DNA of 64,000 nucleotides from Octopus vulgaris (lineage: Eukaryota). The DNA lies in the NCBI GenBank assembly GCA_951406725.2, contig OX597815.1:182776001-182840000 (forward strand), in the 5' to 3' direction. A model generated the notes under the pieces. The model had not been told where the DNA came from, did no database searches, and saw nothing but the letters and a program-made list of their open reading frames with translations. Shown piece by piece: positions 12,950-25,800 of this stretch. The translations under genes and the position numbers were made by a program. Position 1 is the stretch's first letter. Each line of letters opens with the position of its first letter.

Positions 12950-13815
12950 CACTAAATCAAATACTGTTCTGACTAGATCTTCAATGACCGTGTAAATGTG
13001 TTTCTTTTCAAACCTCTCCCAACTGGTTAAATCTATGTAGATTAATTTTAGTGATTTTTGGTATACGTCATCATCACAAAACAAGTTTAATTAAACGAAT
13101 TTTTTTACTGTAAAATAATATCACCCGAGGTCTTCGCTTTTACAGTTTGAATTTTATTTTTATCATATTCTTTTCCTTGCGTGGACAAATGAATTCCCGG
13201 AGGAAATGGTGAAAGATAGCTATGAAGAGCTTATTTCTTCTGATATTATTTCTATTAATTCTCCTACTTTTGAATGGAAGAGTCGGTGCAACCTTTGAAA
13301 AGTAGCATTTTCATTTTCATTCTTCACTAGAGAAAGTAAAAGTTTTCACATTTCTACCCACGCTAATTTCCAGCCTTTTTCTAAAAGCAGTCTAAATCTA
13401 TAATATCACGTTGAAGATATTAAACATGTGTGAGAGTAGAATGTTCAGATTCCGATGCTATACGTATGATCACGAAATTTATGTCATCAGCAGACATTCC
13501 TTAGATTTGTAACTTATTTATATCTTAAAACTAATTTTTCAGATGTAAATTCAAAACTTGTAAGATATATTTGAAGGCCGAGATGTTAACACCAACGCCT
13601 GTAGCGTTAAAGGTAATATAAGAGGAATTACTTCGGAAAGTTTACTGTGTATCAGTCTTTAGAAAGTGATATATGCTTTGTATAATTCAGAGTAATTACG
13701 AAGAGATCAGGTTCTGATATATCACCCCGAAGTACGCCTAAAGAAGTATCAAATTCCTTATTGTTGTCAGGAGTACAAATATATTCAGCTATGTTATTGA
13801 ACAATGACATGATAA
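12950..13815 (-). pseudogene. Degenerate RTE-clade LINE reverse transcriptase relic
   Basis: IMSLFNNIAEYICTPDNNKEFDTSLGVLRGDISEPDLFVITLNY resembles the RTE motif ...PDG.T..F....GVLQGDTLAPYLF...LDY. A downstream SADDI (about 13495-13480) corresponds to the YADD catalytic motif. Confidence 0.7.
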
Positions 13816-15446
13816 CGGTACACACGCACACGTTCACACACAAGCATACAAGCATACATGTTAATGTATTTATGTATGTATGTATGTAACGAGGTTTAAC
13901 GGTTCCTTCTAGTTTACGTTTTAAGATAAATTGCTTTTCATCATGTGTTATCACAATAACGCTGACATACTACGATTAGACCAACTCTTTATTTCCTACA
14001 CAACCACGGCACTTCCGAGGAGGTGGAGGATGCCACGCGAGCGATGGGAGATCACAATGGTTCCTGACCGTGTTGCATCTTCCGAGAAATGTCTCGAGTG
14101 CGAAAACTGCGGAGGTGGCGGCATTTCATTGTCGCAAACATACACGAGAGCCTGAAGACCGCCGTTCCCATAGATCTGCCGACTGTTTGCAGTTCAAACC
14201 ACTTCGAATCTATAACAACATGGGAACAAACCGAGACATAAATGTTTTCAACACAAGAAATTCCATTCTGACAAACGCTTGAAGGAAACGAGTACCACCA
14301 CATCAGTTTCGAAAGTTTTGAAACCAATGAACTAGCCACAGACGAACAGAAAATTATCCAGAGTGTGTAAAGGCTTTAACACTCAAGCAAGCTATCATTA
14401 TCCTGTGTTTTAATTAAAAAATGAATATGTACATATCAAAGTGCCTAGACACAAACACTCATACACACATACATACATGTATGTATGTATGTATGTACAT
14501 GCATACATACATACAAACAAAAAGGGTATCTCTCTTCATATTAACTTCCATTTTACATAACGTCTTCCACGATGCTCCAAAATCACTCTTCATTCACATG
14601 GTGGGGTTTCAAGCTTATTGAATAATTCTACCGCACAAAGGTTTTTTCTTATGTGCAGCGCGTGTGCATGTAAAGTGTGTGTGTGTATGTGTGTGTGTGT
14701 GTGTGTGTGCATATATATATCTTAGATAACTTAGAAATGTTTCGGGCAATGATTTGCCTATGTAATGTTTAACTTGTTAGCAGCGGAAGGTAGGATCTGT
14801 TTGAGTCATTTTAAAGACGAGTTTTGTGGTACTTGGGCCCATTCAAGTAGGAGTATTCCTATCGAGTGAAACATACACAGGGATAAGTCCCTTATCTGGT
14901 ATCGTTTGAAGAAATTTGTCCGGGATTCCTTTGAAGGTGATGGGAGATTTTTTTCTTCTTCTTTGATTTGTATTGGGAAAATGCTAAATAGAGCAGCACT
15001 TGTCGAGGACAAGAAATTGTGTGGTGAGCCTGAATTGTGTAGGGAGCGTGTGGCACGTGGACCAAGCCTTGGAAGAATTCAGAATCTTATGTTAAACTCG
15101 TGGTATATTCTCCACGTTATGCAAACGGTTTAGCGCTCACGGTGACGATGGGGAGAATAAAGAGTGAACGTTTTAAGACGTTCTCAATAATCTCGGCCAG
15201 TTAACTGACACTTGATACACATATATTAACATATACATTATTCTTATGCAAGAATTGATAGTGACTTCGAAGATTCGAACCTCTAAGCCTTGCAAACTGA
15301 AGCTTTGAAGTCATTGACAGTAATTATCTTCTTGAAGAATAATAATTTTTTACTCTACAAAAGTATTATAGGGTAACATTTTAATGTAAAATTCTTCGTT
15401 TTTAAACTAATTATAAAAACAAGCATTAATATACATATATATTTAT

Positions 15447-15630
15447 AGGGAGAGTTCACGAAAAAAACAAAAGACGAAGACAGGTGGTGTACAAAACAAA
15501 CAGATGTATTAGTATATCGCTCAGGAATTGAAAAAGTCTTTTATGTTTCGAGCCTACGCTCTTCTACAGAAAGGGACACAGAAAAAAAACAAGGAGAGAA
15601 AAAAATGTGTAGTGACTATCGATCTATCAT
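15447..15630 (-). mobile_element. Penelope-like terminal fragment with a variant hammerhead (15538-15573)
   Basis: Minus strand CTTT CTGTAGA A GAGC GTAG GCTC GAAAC ATA AAAG. TA-rich flanks. Same family as 9215-9372. Confidence 0.6.
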
Positions 15631-16110
15631 GATATATATATTGTTGCTATTCTGTTAAACTGTCGTATGTCCAAATTTCGCCAAATGCGTTTTTTTCCAA
15701 TATTTATTTATACTTGCAATAGTCGGTTCTTTTGGTAAAACTATCGTATCTCCAGCTGCTTCAGATGCCAAGATAACAAAAATTGTCAAAGTGTAGGACA
15801 ACGGTTTTGCTATGGAGTAGTGAAGCTATTTTTTCGTTTTCTGAAAACAGCAAAGTTTTGGACTTACGGCACTTTTGCATAATGTGTGTGTGTGTGTGTG
15901 TGTGCGAAAATGTAGCAGCACCCTTCTTGAATACTAAGACCAAGCTATATATCTTGACATTGCACATGGTGTAAAATTGATGGATAACAACAGGCAAGCT
16001 AGATAATATTCTCGTCTGGAAAAAAGACAACCCTTCCCCCCTCTCTCTTACTATACAAACATACGCATACTCCTACACACACACACATATATCTATATAT
16101 ATATATCTAT

Positions 16111-16177
<67 letters not shown>

Positions 16178-16781
16178 TATATATATCATACTATCATTTT
16201 CAATTCTTTAAGGAGGCGGTTCTTGTAGGTGACCTTTATCTATGATCTACTATTTCCTCGCTTCAGTGTATTGAGCAGTGCGTTAGGCGATGCGAGATAA
16301 GTGTTACTTCTAGTTCGTTCTTCAAACAACTGGTAGATATAAGGCATGAGCTGCTTAAAGTAGCTTTAGAGATGAAATTCTAGCAGTGTTTCGGTTACAT
16401 ACATAGATATACTTGCATAAGTTCCCTTAGTATAAGTAATCAGTTATATTGCAATTGATTTCTACATGTTATAAAAAACTTTCGTTTTGGTCTGTGTTAT
16501 TCTTGTTCTTGGTTACAGAAAATGATTTCCTATAATTACACTGCAAAATGAAAAACTATACAAAACATAAGATTTATAAAAGCGATCATTATTTTGTAAA
16601 ATAGAAATATAAATGGATAAATTTTACAGATTTAAGTATTTGTTGCAATCAGCCTTCAGTCTTGTTCGCCACCCGCTTCCAAGAAATAGTCTGTCTCGTA
16701 GCAGTAATAACAACTAATATGGAAGAATTAACGAGGTAACTTCTTAAAATTTAGCAGCCAAATCTCTTTGATATCACACAA

Positions 16782-17173
16782 TCTCTCTATATATAAAGCT
16801 GAAGTTGTCTGTGTACGGCAGGTTTGGTAGCCTTCAACTAACACTATCTCCTCCGAGACCCTGCGGCGCAAGTTGACCAAAATTGAGAGTATGATAGAAG
16901 AAGGCTTGCTCTTCCTTCCCTAGAAGAAAAAATTCAAATCGGACCATGTTAACACCAAAAATTATTTACATCAAAAAGATACTTTTTTTCTATGAAAATC
17001 CCTATTTTTTATGATTTTTTGACTGCTGTGTCGCCATTTTCCGGTGTATTTCAACCAAAAAACTGTTCACTTAAAGAATATAACAAGCTACATAATGCAG
17101 AATTTTTACTTTCCAAAAAAACCAATTCTAAAGGGTCGAAACAAACCCGAGCAACGCCGGGTGATACTGCTAG
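16782..17173 (+). mobile_element. Non-autonomous Helitron
   Basis: 5' TC(TCTCTATATATAAAG), subterminal hairpin CCCGAGCAACGCCGGG, 3' CTAG, inserted between A and T with no TSD. Confidence 0.85.
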
Positions 17174-18038
17174 TATTATCTAAAGAGACTTTTCGAATAT
17201 TGCAGTCTAGATTAAAAAATGCGATGGTCTTTAATGAAAACGCCTTTGTCCATTCAAGCTAGTCTGGAGCAACATGTAAGCTGGTTTTAAAGAAGGAAAA
17301 ATTATTATGTGGGAATTATCGATCTGCAAGAAAGCAATACAAAATCATCTTCAAATCATAGCCTGAAGAAGAAGAAAGTACACTGAGAATGTACTCCTAA
17401 AGTACACAGAGAATGTACTCCTAGATGGGATTGTGACGGAATGAATGCTTTTGAATTTAGGTCACCTCGTGCTGTGTCAACCTGGAGATAATCAGTTGGG
17501 TTGATTCTCACTGGGACAGTCAAAGTCAAATACACCAATATTTAATAAACTGACGTGTTGCTTGCATTAAAATCCGAATACTTATCGGTTATTCTCTGGA
17601 GACATATAACATATTATTGACATAACTCCTGTATCGTAGGCCTACATAGAATCACAGATAATTAACTAACGGCTACGATATTTGCTAAACTCTGAAGGAT
17701 TATATAGATATATTTACGAGGATTTGAAAACATCGATTAGATTAATTAATAGATCAATACATAATTATCGGGGAATTATTACTTTATTTGAAGTAAATAC
17801 TTCATAACCATTTATTGATGGATCGTGTATTGCCTTGTGAGAGTCTCTCACACAAAGTAACATAAACACACACATACGAAAACACACTGCGCAAACGCAC
17901 ACACACATGTTCTTCACAGCCATATGAATATCATTAAGTATCTGAAAATATCTAATTTCCGTCATTTAGACATTTAGATTAACTGAATAATTCCTATGTT
18001 GGGTGCTAGTAATTCTGTTTCACTTTCTCTACTTTAAA

Positions 18039-18039
<1 letters not shown>

Positions 18040-18079
<40 letters not shown>

Positions 18080-18093
18080 GTTGTTGTTGTTGT
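18040..18093. repeat. (ATT)n(GTT)n microsatellite
   Basis: Read directly from the sequence. Confidence 0.9.
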
Positions 18094-18094
18094 T

Positions 18095-18680
18095 CTCGCG
18101 TCTTCCGCAGTTCACAAAGACTACAGGGACAGGATTTGTGAATTAGTCAAGCAGAAGTTGACGGAAGCAATCCTTAACTTTCAGAAGTGGGGGTGCTCTC
18201 AACTAATCAGTTGGAACCAGATCGACCGTGTTTAATAACAAGTTTATGGCAAAGACAAATGAAATAGATAGGAGAGGGACTTGTTAGCAAGCTAGAAGTG
18301 GTGATTAAAAAAAGGAACTGCAACAAGCGTGCTAGTGTCGAGGATGGAACTCAGCCTTTTCCTCAAGGTTGTCTTGTCAAAAGCAAGGCTCGTGAACTAA
18401 AACGAAAGCCGTTTGATGGTATCGATTTTTGGAGTTCAAGGGGGCGGGGTAACAAAGCCGCACTTCGGTCGAGTACAGGCTGAAACGAGCTGGGGCAGAT
18501 ATTTACTGCCTTTCAGCAGCAATTTGCTTGACTATCCGAGAGAATAGTGGCGGGATGTTTAATCTGTGATTCTCAAGGTCAGATCGAAACACTGGATTGT
18601 TAGGTGGGGGAGCGCTCCTAAAAGAAAATTACATATAAGTCAATTATAGAAACCCTTATTGCATATACAGAGGGATGGCC
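18095..18680 (+). pseudogene. Degenerate ORF2 fragment (EN-RT linker) of a LINE related to the 22645-27934 element
   Basis: Collinear matches to ORF2: KDYRDRICELVKQKLTEAILN vs EDFRTRIKVLVQRALCGTIIN; QGCLVK vs EGCRVR; RGNKAALRS vs RGNRASIKS; FQQQFA vs LHQHFA. Confidence 0.75.
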
Positions 18681-20417
18681 TCTGTGGCCCTCCTTAAGGA
18701 TGTTTGAGGACTGCATGCGGCTCTGGGAACCGTGGTTGAGAGTTGCTGACTTAGATCATTGTACAAACTACCTTGAATGATTTGCTTCGGCTAATATTTA
18801 TGCTTCAGTTTGAATCCCGCCGAGGTCAGTTTTGATGTTTATCGATCAAAGATCGATAATATTAAGCATTAGTCGACAATTGGGATTGGTTAAACTGGTT
18901 TAGAGTCAGATATATTTATTAGTTTGCTTGTAACGATCTAAACAATGAAAAGATTCAAAGCATAATGTGCTGCGGCGGAATTTGAACTCATATAGAAACG
19001 TGAAAATAGTGAAATCGAAGAATAAAAAAAGCGACTGTTTTTTTTTCTTCAGCAATAAACTACATTTATTAATACAGAATATCCGCGACACTTGTCTTGT
19101 ACATTACCAGACAGCATCGTGTAAAATGTGAAATAGAATACCAAGCTGAAGACAAATGAAATTAACTTATTCTAAATTACAATTCTGCACCTTTACGAGG
19201 CAAAATAGAACAAAATAATTTTCTGTAATTAACGGTTGGACTAACTTGGTGAAAACTATATTTCTTTTAGCAAGTGGCATTTTATCTAATTACTGTTTGA
19301 CAGATATATCGTGCCCATGTCTAATGCATTACCGATGCAATACATTCATACGACATGGTCAGTAAAAATATTAGACGACTGGCATTAAGTTCATTGTCAG
19401 ATGACAACTGATCTGTGAATTTGGCCTGAAAACGGAGAAACGTTGATAACACAGCAATAGAAAATCTGACAAAATTTACTGAGGAAACATTATTCACATC
19501 ACAATATAGTTTTAGGATGTCTCATTCTATAATTCTTTTAAAGTAATACGATTATCGATATTAATATCATGAGCAGTCATTATGCGCATGGTATTGATGT
19601 TTCCCAGAAATCCATGTGATGTCAACAATGGCAGAGAGTGCAGTCGGAATTCTACCAAACAGTCTGAAATGTGTATATAATGCGCTTCTAGAACGAATGT
19701 CGTTTATTTAATTTGCACTGTTTTTCTTTTATCCACTGAATAGATTTTGTATAACTTGAAATTATCTCGGTTGTATGGAGACATATTTCCGTCTACATGA
19801 GAATACAAATGCATGATTAAGCAAGAATAAGGAAAGATGTAACTAAATGATTGCAGCTGAAGGAGCAAGTGCCATTTATACATTGCCCCTGATATTTACA
19901 CTCTTGAACTCCAGCCGTAGTTATGTGCAGGCGATGAACGGATTTCTCATAACGACTAGATAAGCTATATCTCTTGTTCACTTAGCTTCTTTCAGTTGGT
20001 AAGAATAGTAGGTTCATTGTGTTTTAATCTTGTGATTCTAGATATATGCCTTTTAAATGATGTCAAACTCAGTGATTGGCCCCCAATTTCGCAGATTTTG
20101 TGATTCAAATTAATATAAAACGTCCGTATCTTTCGGAAAGTTTAAATTTCCTTGTGATGGAAATTATATACACCTATTCCTTACTGATCTTATAACACTT
20201 AATCTAGTGTTATATTCTTAAATCCTTTAGTTTTCCTTAATATATTTAAATTGTCCTAATCGACTACAATATTGATTCACTGTTATCCATTCTTAAAAAA
20301 TATAGATGTTGCACTGTATATCATGGAAGCACAGCCGACTAAGTGCATAAACTATCGAGTTATGTGACCAGCCGAAGACGTGCATCATGCAAAAACTTTA
20401 AAGCAACATGAACAGTG

Positions 20418-20624
20418 GAACATAGAGGGAACAAACAAGGACAGACAAAAGGATTAAGTCGATTACATCGATCCCAGTGCGTAACTGGTACTTAATTTAT
20501 CGACCCCGAAAGGATGAAAGGCAAAGTCGACGTCAGCGGAATTTTAACTCAGAACGTAACGGCAGACGAAATACGGCTAAGCATTTCGCCCGATGTGCTA
20601 ACGTTTCTGCCAGCTTGCCGCCTT
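20418..20624 (-). mobile_element. SINE family D (LINE-like tail, 3' end clipped)
   Basis: Reverse complement of the 32929-33135 unit. Confidence 0.9.
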
Positions 20625-20862
20625 GTTGAGCATTAATTGATTATTTCGATAGATTGAAATGTTGGATTAAGAAGTAAAGAATAGCCATCGTTAGTGTTAT
20701 AACCCAAGCAATGAAAGGAATTATTTTCACGAAAATGTTTTCTTCTATTAATGTGACCTTCAAGATTTTCTATGATTTCAGAGAGAATTTTCCATCTGAA
20801 GAATGAAACACCTTCATTTAGGAATTTAAACCGATGCCAGAATCGCTGGAGCTATACTTATT

Positions 20863-20911
20863 GTTGAGATTTTGCTGGATTTGAACCCGTTATGTGGAGT
20901 GTTGTATCACT
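20863..20911 (-). repeat. Left arm of a 49-bp imperfect inverted repeat (partner 27999-28047)
   Basis: Reverse complement AGTGATACAACACTCCACATAACGGGTTCAAATCCAGCAAAATCTCAAC matches 27999-28047 at 43/49 positions without gaps. Confidence 0.9.
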
Positions 20912-21019
20912 GATTATTACCCACGAGGGGCGACGCAGAGGGGACATTACAAAACATTGGGGACATAGAACATAATTAAATTTATGAAGACTGAATTTTT
21001 AAATGAAAAAATGATATGA

Positions 21020-21055
21020 AAGTGATGCTACCGGCCTACTCCGTTAGCATCACTT
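21020..21055 (-). other. Stem-loop overlapping the ORF1 stop codon
   Basis: AAGTGATGCTA(21020-21030)/TAGCATCACTT(21045-21055) form 11 perfect bp plus an inner CGG/CCG pairing. Confidence 0.7.
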
Positions 21056-22394
21056 ACCTGTCCTTTGGTTTTCACTTTCACACAGATGTTCATTCCCAAT
21101 AATAAAACCATTCTTCTCTATTCTTACTTCAAAATACTCCATATTTTCCACGGATTCATCACTCATTCTTCTTGTCTCTTTCACCTCCCAATTCTTCCTT
21201 TCACACCTTGTCATACACTCATCTATTCTCACCTTTTCAATCACTGCATACCTGGTCTCACCTATTTCATACCATTTATACTCTTCCATTACCCTTTTAA
21301 TTTCTTTCTCCTCTGTCATAGTATAAAAGTTCGGCCTGGGTTCGTTTTCTGTGTGTTGCTTTTGCGTGTTTTTTTTAGTTTTCTTGTTGGAGGGGAGCGG
21401 GTGGGTTCACTGTCTGCAGGGAGTGGGTGGGACGCAGAGGGTGTGGGTGGTGTTGGGGTGGATTGGGGTTCCGTGTTGTTTTCTTTTCCTCTTATTCTCC
21501 TCTTCCTCTTTTTCCTGGCTTCTTCCCATTCTTGTGAATTTTCTTCTATTGTTTCCTCTCCTCTGGTTTCTGTTCTTTTTCCGCCTCTCTTTGTGGCTCG
21601 GCATCCATTTCTTTCTCTGGGGGAGGGCAGTTAGCTCTTATGTGGCCCCTCAGGCCACACTTATAGCACCTGGGCGCCCTGCCCTCCACCCACACTCTCA
21701 TGATTACGTCTCCCAATCTGATGTTTTCTGCTAGGTCCACCAATACATCATCCTCTGCCTGCACATTTACTTCCACTGTCACACCTCTCCAGCCCTCGGT
21801 CTTTACCGAGGCATAGAGGATGTCCACTTCATCCTCGTGGCCGCTGATTATAGCCGCCACAATCCACTCGGCTTCGACGTTTGGGGGTATTCCCTCGACC
21901 CTTATTCTGGTAATTTTTCTATTTAAATATGTGGGCAAAAGGAATACCCTCTCGGATTTCACCGCCTTCGCCGCCATCTTCCTTGCTGTATTCTCACTTT
22001 TGAACTGTACTACCACAGTACCATACTTTGAACCTCTAGTCAGAAAATTAATTTCCTCTTCCGTTCTTCTTAGCGCCTCCTCTATCCACTCCATATTCAC
22101 CACTCCTATCTTTCTCTTTCCGCTTGCGTATACCCTGTATGTGATGGCACTTTTCTCGAACCATTCTTTTCTCTTTGGTGGCGATGCCAGTTCCACCTCA
22201 CCGCTGTCCTTCTTAATATACTTCTGGAAACTTGGCAGCTTGGCCAAGTCCACCCCTCTCTCCCCCGCCTTCTTAGTCACTCCGGCATAGGTATAACCCA
22301 GTTTCTGGTCCATTTTCCTCACTGCTTCTTCTAGTTCCTCCTCAGACGTAGACAAGTCTGATAGAGACTCAAAAACTCTTGCCGTCTCTCCCAT
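21050..22394 (-). pseudogene. Gag-like ORF1 protein (RRM-like region + CCHC zinc knuckle + basic linker + C-terminal domain), about 450 aa, split by two 1-nt frameshifts
   Basis: ORF 22436-21546 (first ATG 22394) contains VEGRAPRCYKCGLRGHIRANC. It continues after a shift near 21560 (EETIEENSQEWEEARKKRKRR...SPP) and a shift near 21390 (NKKTKK...NFYTMTEEKEIK...TGK*). Collinear with the neighbouring ORF1. Confidence 0.8.
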
Positions 22395-22629
22395 CAAGGA
22401 GGGGCCGTCCTTGTCTGTCTCAACACAGACAGACAAACCCCGCGCGACCGTACAACAAAAACGTTTAACAAAATTAACGTGTTACGCAGTAACAAAATTT
22501 AACTCACGACGCCACTTCCTCGTGGGTCGCAGATTTACCTTTATAACCGACCAAAAATCTGTGTCTTACGTTTTCTACACCCGGCATCGAAGTAAGATTA
22601 AAAAAAAAAAAAAGTAATTTATACATACA

Positions 22630-22644
22630 CCCGACAAAGGAAGA
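22630..22644. repeat. Target-site duplication, 3' side of the LINE
   Basis: CCCGACAAAGGAAGA, exact copy at 27935-27949. Confidence 0.92.
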
Positions 22645-22879
22645 TATTTCTTTATTAAGATTATGAAAATCGATACACAGAAGGACAAATACAGGACATA
22701 TATACAAAAACATTTAAGAGATTCGATTAAAAATTTTGTTTAAATTCGTTATAAAATAATAACCTTTGCATAACTAGTATAGCAAACAACAGTAGGTGAA
22801 CTTGTAGTCTCACTGGCGCTTTTACACCCCGGCAATTTATGAGGCCCTGCAGTTTCCACTTCCTCTCTCTCCTCCATGG

Positions 22880-25800
22880 TCAAGCTGGGTTTCTCACACC
22901 CACCTTTCTTTCCACTTCCTTCCATCTCTTCTCGTACACACCCCGCGGTAAGGTCCTCTTTTCCAGCCCCATTTTGCTCTTCAGATGATATCTGAAGTAA
23001 GTGAGCAAGCTGGGGCCGGAGACAAAGGACCCTATCGCGGCTCCTTCCATTCTCGTTCTCCACATGCATTCCTTTACCACTGCAACCGTGCAGTGAAAAC
23101 ATGCCTCACCTTCCTTCGAGAGTCCAGTTGGCGGTATCATCTTAATCATAGACTCAGCCGACAGCTGTACTCGTCCCAGATGCGATAACACGTGTTCTGC
23201 GTAACTTATCAAGTCGGACAACTTCCGACAGTGAACAAAAGCGTGCTGGACGGTTTCATCGTCCAACTCGCACCTTGGACACGTCGGTGGCACTGGAACT
23301 CCGTGCCGCGATAACTTCTCGCGAACAGGTAAAGCATTCCTGTAGCACTGCCAGGCCAGGGATCTTTGGAAATTATCCAAATACCCCGACCTGAAAGTTT
23401 TTTTAAACAGGTTGGCGAGCTGGTCTTCATCAAACCCCAGAGCCCCTCCTAGGACGTCGTCATTTTTTGCCTCCACCAGCCCTCTATAAAATACCGAGGT
23501 GGTATTTCCGCAGCCGGCCTTGCCCGTCCTGTGGATCAGCGTGAGTGCCTGTCGGCACTCCTTTTGCCATGGAGTCAGTTTCCATCTTTTGATGTAACCG
23601 GGTTTAAAATTCACTAAAGGGCCGGTCTCGGGAAAAATCCCTCTGCCAGCGGACTCCACACCTTATCACCCTCCAGGTGGTGCCAGAGGTGCCTTAGCCT
23701 CAACGCATGTCTGCGCATCATCAACCAAGGCATCCCTAACCCACCCTTTAACGGTTCTTGGCAGCAAACGGAGCGTCTCACAAGTGGCCTTCCTCCTTTC
23801 CACAAAAAGCGGAAAAGGATTCGTCCCAACTTGTTAAGCCATGAATCGGGGCAAGGGACAACGGTCAGGCGGTAGGTGATTACAGATGCAATGAACATCT
23901 GCACCACCTCCGCCTTTCCTTTCAAGGACAGAGACCTTCCGGACCAGGTCCGTACTATGGCCTCCACCTTGCTCGTCACCTCACTCCAGTTCTTCTCCGT
24001 TTGGGAGTCTGGTCCAAACCAAACTCCCAGCAACTTAACAGGGCCATCCGTCCAGTGTCCCACGACACTGGACGATATCGGCTTGCTCCTCCAGGTGCCG
24101 AGGCGCAAGCCAACCGATTTGTCCTTGTTAACCTTTGCTCCTGCCACCGCCTCGTATCCTCTGATAGCCTCCTCTACACAAGGTAGTTGGGCCTCTTTGG
24201 ACACGATGAGGGTGACGTCATCCGCATAAGCAGTAACCGTCCTCCCACCTCCGATTTCATCCGAGTTACTCCCCAGCCTCTCCAACTTTCGCAGCAGTGG
24301 CTCAAGAGCCAATACGTACAAAAGTGGTGACAAGGGGCACCCCTGACGCACTGAACACTTGATCGAAAACGGTTCCGTTAGGTAACCGTTTATCTGGACG
24401 GTGGACTTGATGCCGCTATACATAGCGGAGATCCACCCGCGAAATTCAGGGCCCAGCCCAGTCGCTTCGAGGACCGTCGCCAGGTACCCATGGTCCACCC
24501 TATCGAAGGCTTTACTTTGGTCTAAATGGACCATTACCCCGCCTTTGCCGGCTAATTTACCCACCCTATCTAAGGTGTAGCGTATAAGGTGAAGATTGTC
24601 CTGGATCGACCTGCCTGGAATTGCACATGTCTGTGCTCTCCCTACAAGTTTCTCCACGACAACCGTCAACCTTTTTGCTAACACCTTGGCCAGAATCTTT
24701 AACTCTACATTAAGTAGAGTTATGGGCCTGTAGTTACTAATATTATCCCCCTTGCTCGGGTCTTTCTGGATTAGCGTCACCACTCCCCGGCTTACAGAAC
24801 TGGGAATTCTCCCATTCTGCTGCCAGTTCGTGTAGACGCCTGCCAGTATTCCCCCGAACAAGTCCGGCATACTTTGGTAAAACTCGTAGGGCAGACCATC
24901 CAACCCCGGCGACTTCTCCCCGGCGCATCCGGCCAGTATCTCCTTTATCTCCGCGGGAGTGATCGCTCCTTCACAGCACTCCACCTCACGCCCCGCGAGC
25001 CGCGGTCCGCCGGCCAGGAAGTCCTTTAAGGCCCTCCCCCGATCCAGCGAACCACCACCCCCGAACACGCGAGCGAAATGCTGGTGAAGAAACTTTTGCA
25101 TCTCCTCCTGTCCATAGATCTTTAGTCCCTGTTCGTCAGTCAAAGATTTGATTGAGGCTCTATTGCCTCTCTTACTCTCCACACGACGGGCCCATCCGGC
25201 CACGTTAATACCTTCTCGTTTTCCAGCGCGCAGCTTAGCTCTGACTCTGCAACCTTCGTGTTTGGAGTTAAGGTGCCGGTACAATACCGTCCTTGCCGCC
25301 ACCACTCCGGATGCAGAGCCAGCTTCCATTGCCTCGTCTAGATTCTTAACTAAATCGCCCTCTAGACTAGCCCTATCTATCCTTAGCTGATTGCTAAATC
25401 TGACGGACTCTAAACGAATGGCTCTTTTGAGGGCGTGCCACCATCTATTGTTAATGATGGTGCCACACAATGCCCTCTGAACTAACACCTTAATCCGGGT
25501 ACGGAAGTCTTCACAATTCAAAATAGCCTTGTTCAGCTTCCAGTACCCGGGTCCCTGTCTATGACACTTGTCTAATTGCACCTCACACGTCACAAACTTG
25601 TGATCCGAGTAAGGTACAATATGAAATTGTGGACAACTAATCGTATCCTTATCTCTTTTCTTAATAAATATCCTATCTAGATACGATCTGTGTGAGCCGT
25701 CGTTGTTACTCCACGTCCACTGTGGAACGCTCGGCTCATCCAGTCGGTAACGGTCCACTAGATCAAAGCTCTCTAGTAGACCCTTGAGGCTAGGGTTTCC

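Larger units (their letters stand above)
20912..22600 (-). mobile_element. ORF1-only non-autonomous non-LTR element (HAL1-like, Tx1/L1-related)
   Basis: About 200-bp 5' UTR, one ORF1-type gene and about 140-bp 3' UTR ending GTCCCCTCTGCGTCGCCCCTCGTGGGTAATAA. No EN or RT sequence. Possible 5-bp TSD GATTA (20912-20916 and 22596-22600). 5' boundary uncertain. Confidence 0.75.

Noticed and set aside
13885-14379. Possible solo LTR (TGTAAC...TTAACA)
   Set aside because: No convincing TSD and no second copy in the window.
17377-17423. Short direct repeats that might suggest CRISPR (also 6772-6813, 49158-49203, 59205-59245)
   Set aside because: Two or three adjacent units with no unique spacers or cas genes, in eukaryotic context; local slippage duplications.
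21052-21060. U1 snRNA 5' end (ACTTACCTG) as a possible snRNA target site
   Set aside because: Similarity stops after 9 nt; it is simply the complement of a splice donor.
23614-23659. Programmed -1 frameshift in ORF2
   Set aside because: A_UUU_UUC is not a canonical X_XXY_YYZ site and LINE ORF2 is normally continuous; a 1-nt deletion or assembly error is simpler.
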